Shown: positions 23,311-29,049 of the stretch, piece after piece
Position numbering within the stretch: the stretch's first letter is position 1
How the letters are laid out: each line of letters opens with the position of its first letter
Source of the DNA: Octopus sinensis
Lineage: Eukaryota
Assembly: GCF_006345805.1 (NCBI RefSeq)
Contig: NW_021835621.1
Coordinates: 1 to 29,049 of the forward strand
Length of the DNA stretch: 29,049 nucleotides
Reading direction: 5' to 3'
The notes under the pieces: generated by a model
The model's input: the letters and a program-made list of their open reading frames with translations, nothing else
What the model was told of the DNA's origin: nothing
Database searches by the model: none
Made by a program: the position numbers and the translations under genes

Positions 23311-23632
23311 GCAATTAAGGACAACTACTTAATAAGGAAAACTAACAAGAAATTGTCAGGTAGATAGCGTGAAAGACCTCATAAGAAAAAATTTCGAAAA
23401 TAATTATTTCTTATTGAACATATTAATTTCTATATAGAGGGCATTATACATACATGCCAGAGGCTTTATACATACAGGCCACCCGCTAAGAGGGACAATT
23501 AGTCCTATTTCTACCAAACATTTTACACACCGGTGGGATTAGTAAAAATGTTTGGTAGAAATGACTAATTGTCCCTCTTAGCGTGTGGCATGTATGTATA
23601 ATGCCCTCTGGCATGTATGTATAATGCCCTCT
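23311..23632 (-). mobile_element. Dispersed partial copy of the 470-nt hammerhead family with a fold-back inversion, inside (TA)n
   Basis: 23311-23531 matches the unit from GCAATTAAGG across the array junction to CACCG. 23532-23632 is the reverse complement of the preceding ~100 bp. It contains no hammerhead. Confidence 0.8.
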
Positions 23633-23706
23633 ATATATAAATATATATATATATATATATGAGTGTATTTTCCCTTGTTAAACCTGCGTTAAACTCCATT
23701 TATATA

Positions 23707-23740
<34 letters not shown>

Positions 23741-23934
23741 CATACATACATACATACATACATACAAACATACATATATATATAAAGAAAACAGAAAATT
23801 CCGAATTACTGATGAACAACAATTGACTTACATCAATTATTATTTATTAATTCAATCCAAATATACTGCATTCCATCTAACAGCTGTTTCTGCTTCCAGT
23901 GTTATATGGTATTGCCATTGATATTCAAAATACG

Positions 23935-24253
23935 TAAAAATATTAGTAGTTTTATAAGAGATTTCAAACTGGATCAAGCGTCGACCTCTTTGCGCTCCAG
24001 GAAAGTAAAGACGATCTGTGTCTGCCTTGGGGTGTTGCATCTTTTTGCAAGTCAGCCTGTCAGTCTTCCTTCTTTCGCTCATATTCCAGTTCAACGCATC
24101 GAAACTGTAAATAACAACCAGAGCTGCTAAGGAATTTATGGCTAACACCTTCTTACGTGCATTTAATTCGGATTTTAAGACTGCTTGAACTCTCCTGAAA
24201 TATTCCTTCCTGATCTTCGTTTTCATGCTTCTATCCTGAATGTCAGAGCCCGC
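23935..24253 (-). mobile_element. Old R4/Dong-clade non-LTR retrotransposon fragment (post-RT region)
   Basis: KIRKEYFRRVQAVLKSELNARKKVLAINSLA...YSF...W...HPKADTDRLY...GRRL matches the KSELN...AIN...HPKADVDRLY...GGRGL signature of R4/Dong-type elements. Confidence 0.8.
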
Positions 24254-24295
24254 ATTATTATCATTATTATTATTATTGTTGTTGTTGTTGTTATT

Positions 24296-24503
24296 AGGCG
24301 AGCTGGCAGAATCGTTAGCGCGCTGGACGAAATGCTAAGCGTCATTTCGCTCGTGGCTACGTCTGAGTTCAAATTCCACCGAGGTCGACTTTACCTTTCA
24401 TCCTTTAAGGTTTGATAAAATAAGTACCAGTTTAACATTAGGGTCGCTGTAATCCACTCATCCCCTCCCCCAAAATTGCTTCACCTGTGGCAAATTTTGA
24501 AAC

Positions 24504-24504
<1 letters not shown>
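24296..24504 (+). mobile_element. Full-length SINE family B
   Basis: GGCGAGCTGGCAGAATCGTTAG head and GAGGTCGACTTTACCTTTCATCC core, followed by an (ATT)n tail. Confidence 0.85.
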
Positions 24505-24537
<33 letters not shown>

Positions 24538-24569
24538 TATTATTATTATTATTGTTGTTGTTGTTGTTA

Positions 24570-24601
<32 letters not shown>

Positions 24602-24728
24602 GTTATTATTGTTATTGTTATTATTATTATTAATATTATTATTGTTATTGTTATTATTATTATTATTGTTATTGTTATTTTTATTATTATTATTATTATT
24701 GTTATTGTTATTATTATTATTATTGTAA

Positions 24729-24795
<67 letters not shown>
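24505..24795. repeat. (TTA)n/(TTG)n microsatellite
   Basis: Seen directly. Confidence 0.95.
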
Positions 24796-24796
<1 letters not shown>

Positions 24797-25330
24797 GAGT
24801 GAGAGAGCAGTGCATGCCATCAAAGTGACACTGGGGTAAAATACGAAGCCCAATATACCCATCTGATAAGGGTACAGCCAGGCACATGCATCACACCATA
24901 TGTGCGCGACATGGTGATCTCATATTAAGATAAACAGCACATGACCTTGCAGTGGGGCCCAGTTAGAATTTTCTTCAGTTGAGTAGCCCATCCCGCTCAA
25001 AAGGTCCCTGAATAAGGGTTGTTTAACGATGTTGAAAGAACACCCATGTTTCCAGAGGTGAATTATTCAAACCCCAAAGAATCCCTCTCAACACACGGCT
25101 ATGATGCTCCCCCACTACTTCTCTCGTGATCAGAGATGCACATATCGTCAGCCACTAAGGACATGCTCAACTGGTTAAGGTCAACAACTGACAAGCAAAT
25201 CTGTGGTATTGAGCAGAATATTTGATGTAGCCCATCTTTTATACCAAGACAAAACATGTACATGATACACACTTCCAATCAGTTAAGATCAGAAGCCATG
25301 AGAGCCACTGCCTGGTACTGCATCAGGGCA
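24796..25330. mobile_element. Unclassified ~535-bp insertion with TG...CA ends, between (TTA)n tracts
   Basis: Complex non-coding block with sharp boundaries inside one microsatellite. Class and orientation are not determined. Confidence 0.5.
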
Positions 25331-25353
25331 TTATTATTATTATTATATTATTA

Positions 25354-25394
<41 letters not shown>

Positions 25395-25401
25395 TATTAT
25401 T

Positions 25402-26593
25402 CTTGTTTGACTTTTGCTTATATTTGTACAAGTAGGCTCCAAGTCTCACCCAGAGACCTCAAGAGACAACAGGGTTGGAAGTTCATGTTGTTGTTATGCC
25501 TAGTGTGCCATATATTTGGGGGGTGGGGATGTTGTACTAATGAATGTCTAAAAAAAAAGGTTTTTTTTATTTTTTATTTTTTTTTTTTTTAAAAAACCGA
25601 AAATTATGTTTGTTTAAACCTTGAGATTACATAGAGAGTATTTTGCGTAGGATATGAGCAGTTCCCATGAGCACTATCTTTTGAACTTCTCTGCCATTTT
25701 TGGTTTTCCTGGTATCTGAGTTAGGTAGCTATCAGCCCCTTTTGCTATCATTCCAGGGCACCTATGACAACAGGTATTGTTTAGTCTTCAGCTTCCACAT
25801 TTTGCTGATTTCTATTTCAAGATCTTTATATTTGCTCAGTTTTTGGTAGGTCCTGACAGATACGTTTATGTCGATTGGGACAGTCATATCAATGAGGAGG
25901 CATGTTCTTTGTTTGAATCTTTCAATATGATGTCTGGCCTATTTGCATCTATCTTCCTGTCAGTTTGAATGGTGAAGTTCCAGAGGAGTGAGATGTGGTC
26001 ATTTTCAAGCACTGGGGTGGGTTTTTGTTCCCACCAGTTTTTTTCATGGGGCAAATCCAGGTTTTTACAGATTACCCAGTGAATATATTTTGCAGCTCTA
26101 TCGCGCCTGTTGAGATACTCTGTAGGCGCTAGAAGACTGCACTTGGGACCACATGGTCAATGGTTTCATTTTGTTGCTTGCATACACGACACGTGGGACT
26201 GCTTCTGATCTTTAATATGTTGGCCTGGTAGTTCTTGTTGTTAGGAGCATTGATCTTGAGCTGCTATGATAAACCCCTCTGTTTCAGATTTTAAGCCAGA
26301 GGCCATTAGCCATTGATGGGTCAGGGCTTTGTCGATATCTGCATTATTCGCGCTCTCTTTGGGTATTTGCCATAGAGAGGTTTTTCTTGCCATTATTATT
26401 CAGAATATCTAAGGCCGCAGTTTTGGCACGGGGTTTCATGCGCCTAGCTTTTTCTCTGTGCTTGTTTCTTGTATATCTATCTCTAATTCCGAAATTGGTT
26501 GTATTCGGAATTCACTTAGATATTCCTTTGCCTGTTTTGTGACTGAGTATGATGCTTTCTTGTTTTCATGTTTTGAGACAAAGTTTTAACATA

Positions 26594-26595
<2 letters not shown>
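25402..26595 (-). mobile_element. 5'-truncated R4/Dong-clade retrotransposon: CCHC knuckle, restriction-like endonuclease and 3' UTR
   Basis: Stitching across single-base frameshifts gives WQEKPLYGKYP...GLKSETEG...CRVCKQQNETIDHV..C...LLWNFTIQTDRKIDANRPDII...LLIDMTVP...KLSKYKDLEIEI...IPVVIGALG...GTAHILRKILSM*. Stop at 25627-25629. (AAT)n on both sides. Confidence 0.9.

Positions 26596-26653
<58 letters not shown>
26596..26653. repeat. (TTA)n microsatellite at the 5' junction of the Dong-like element
   Basis: Seen directly. Confidence 0.95.
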
Positions 26654-26655
<2 letters not shown>

Positions 26656-26714
26656 TCCATCTAATCCAGTTAGCTGACCTCAATGTTGTAGCTTCTAATA
26701 GTTGTAACAGTTGT

Positions 26715-26790
26715 GGTTGTTATTCAGCCCTAGGTCAGCTCTGATATAGGAAAGCTATGATAAAAGGTGTTCCAACCGAGACCATCCAAT
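26715..26790 (-). mobile_element. Possible SINE 3' tail fragment
   Basis: GTTATTCAGCCCTAGGTCAGCTCTGAT...ATGATAAAAGGTGTTCCAACC resembles a recurrent octopus repeat end from memory only. No second copy in the window. Confidence 0.3.
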
Positions 26791-27079
26791 CTACAAGCTC
26801 AGAAACTCATTATCCATCGACTCCCTATCAAAACCCGATAGGTTATGTGATTTGAAGGGGATTTGTCTACTGCATCTAGCAGACCGAGGCACTTCTTGTA
26901 GGCTCCTTCATTAGTTTACTGTTGTTGTTGTTATTGTCGTCGTCGTCGTCGTCATATGTCAATATGGCGCAAGAAGATGGCTGACGGAAGGGTGATTTCT
27001 TTCTAATTTATTTTGGGTTTTTTTTCGCAGAATTTGGGTTTGTACAACAAGCGCAACACAACAATATTTTTTAAAAAAA

Positions 27080-27104
27080 TGATAATAATAAAATAATAAT
27101 AATG

Positions 27105-27140
<36 letters not shown>

Positions 27141-27472
27141 TTATAATATATAATAGTAACAATATAATAATAATAATAATATAATAAAATAATGATGATA
27201 AAATATAATAACAATAATAATAATAAAATAATAACATAATAATGATAATATTAATAATATAATAATAATATAATAAGAAAATGATGATGATAAAATAATA
27301 ATAAAACAATAATAATAATAATAATATAATAACAATAATAATGATAATAATAATAATAATAATATAATAATAATAATAATAATACTAATAACGAAAATGA
27401 TGATGATAATAATAATAATAATAATAATAATAATATAATAATAATAATGATGATGATAATGATAATAACAAC

Positions 27473-27503
<31 letters not shown>

Positions 27504-27775
27504 TAATAATAATAATATAACAATAAAATAATAATAATAATGATGATGATAATGATAATAACAATAATAAAATAATCATAATAATATAATAATAATAATA
27601 ATAATAAAAGTAATATAATAATACTAATAACAATAATAATATAATGATCATAATATATAATAAACAAACAATAAGAATAACATAATAATAATAATAAAAT
27701 AATAATATAATAATAAAATAATAATATGATAATAATAATAACAATAATAATAATAATGATGATGATGATAATAAT
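27080..27775. repeat. Degenerate (AAT)n array
   Basis: Seen directly. Confidence 0.95.
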
Positions 27776-27959
27776 ATTTTACGTCATTAACGTAATTTTA
27801 TCAACATTTACGCATGTTTGCACATTATCTGCTATGTGTGTTTGGTAATGTGTGTGTGTATGTGTGTGTGTGTGTGTGTGGCAGTATGGGTATGCTGATA
27901 TTTGAGCATGTATATACGGGTGTGGATGTAGAGATGCTTATATATGTTTATATATAAAC

Positions 27960-27990
<31 letters not shown>

Positions 27991-28229
27991 TAAATTTGTG
28001 TCTACATGTATTTATACGAATATATGTGTAAGTATTCGTCTGTGTGTGGTGTGTGTGTGAGTGTATAGAGGTATATATGTATATATTTTGTATTTATATA
28101 ACAAAATATGTATTAATAAAATACACATCTATATATGCATGTATGTATGCATGTTCGTGTGTGTGTGTAGATTTGTCTTCGTGAAGGTCTTTCTCTCTCT
28201 CTCTCTCTCTCTCCTCTCCCTCATCTCTC

Positions 28230-28282
<53 letters not shown>

Positions 28283-28374
28283 CGTGTATTGACGAAATAA
28301 TGTCTTAATAGAGCATAAGGAACAGTTTTAATATTCCCACCCGTTTTACGATCTCTGCCGCAGAAGATGTTGGT

Positions 28375-28790
28375 GGTGATGGTGATGATGATGATGATGG
28401 TGGCGGTGGTGGTGGTGGTGGCGGTGGTGCTCGTGATGATGATGATGATGGCTGAAAATGATGGCTGTCCTGATAGTGATGGAAGTAATGTATAATTAAG
28501 AATTGATAATAGCGACAATGGTACAAACGCATTACTACCACCACCACCACCACCACCACCATCATCATCATCGTCATCATCACCATTATCAACTTTGTCG
28601 TCATTACCACCACCACCACCACCACCACCACCACTTCCACAAGCACCAACACCTGCAACCCCCCACCACCACTTATTTCCAGGTTTGCTCATAAGGTACC
28701 ACTATACCACCACTACCACCACCACCCCACCACTCCACCACCACCACCACCACAACCACCACCACCGCCACCATTATCATCGGCACTACA
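28375..28790. repeat. (GAT/GGT)n followed by (CCA/CAT)n trinucleotide fields
   Basis: Seen directly. Confidence 0.85.
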
Positions 28791-29049
28791 GCCACCTCTG
28801 CCACCACCATGCGTTTGAGCTCTGTACTGACCAGGGTTGACCTGGTGTTAAAGAACAGCAATAACAATGACGATACCAATCACACAGTTACAACATACAA
28901 AAGAAAAATAACAAAGCACGATTTAACGAAAGAGTCATCCAAACACGTCACTCGAAATGCTAGAAATAGCAGTTAAATCTCACTCAAATATCACACACGA
29001 GACTTTTTAAAGAAAAACAAATGAAATAAACACTATCGCGAATCTTAGC

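Noticed and set aside
23431-23640. MITE with ~100-bp terminal inverted repeats
   Set aside because: The left arm continues seamlessly into further 470-nt unit sequence, so this is a fold-back of that family and not a TIR element.
25120-25160. CTGACGA on the minus strand in the 535-bp element, plus short U1/U2 snRNA-like words nearby
   Set aside because: No GAAA or stem I partner; the snRNA matches are only 8-12 nt and not colinear with a full snRNA.

Overview
Animal genomic DNA (intergenic or deep intronic), dominated by microsatellites and retroposons. The tRNA-derived SINEs look like octopus families I remember (OK/OR-type), so an octopod origin is inferred, not verified. No intact protein-coding gene is recognisable. 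Nearly all ORFs in the supplied track are translations of (TA)n, (CA)n, (TATG)n, (CCA)n or (TTA)n repeats. Real coding relics are an R4/Dong-type retrotransposon (CCHC knuckle plus RLE endonuclease) inside (TAA)n repeats, an older fragment of the same clade, an RTE-like 3' end with two C2H2 fingers, and a mariner transposase C-terminus. The main unexplained signal is a set of small non-coding, hammerhead-ribozyme-bearing repeats from three unrelated families. (1) A ~470-nt head-to-tail repeat at 8490-9570 has an identical type I hammerhead in each full unit (minus strand) and a fold-back sibling at 23311-23632. (2) A ~354-nt permuted monomer at 5355-5880 has a full type I hammerhead with a GUC site (plus strand). 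(3) Two minimal hammerhead-like motifs with a CCGACGA core lie at 6470 and 6741. The three insertions of families 1 and 2 all carry 5' inversions, consistent with non-LTR retrozyme or Penelope-type retroposition. Ribozyme folds were worked out by eye; activity and novelty are untested. Frequent homopolymer indels suggest a noisy long-read assembly.
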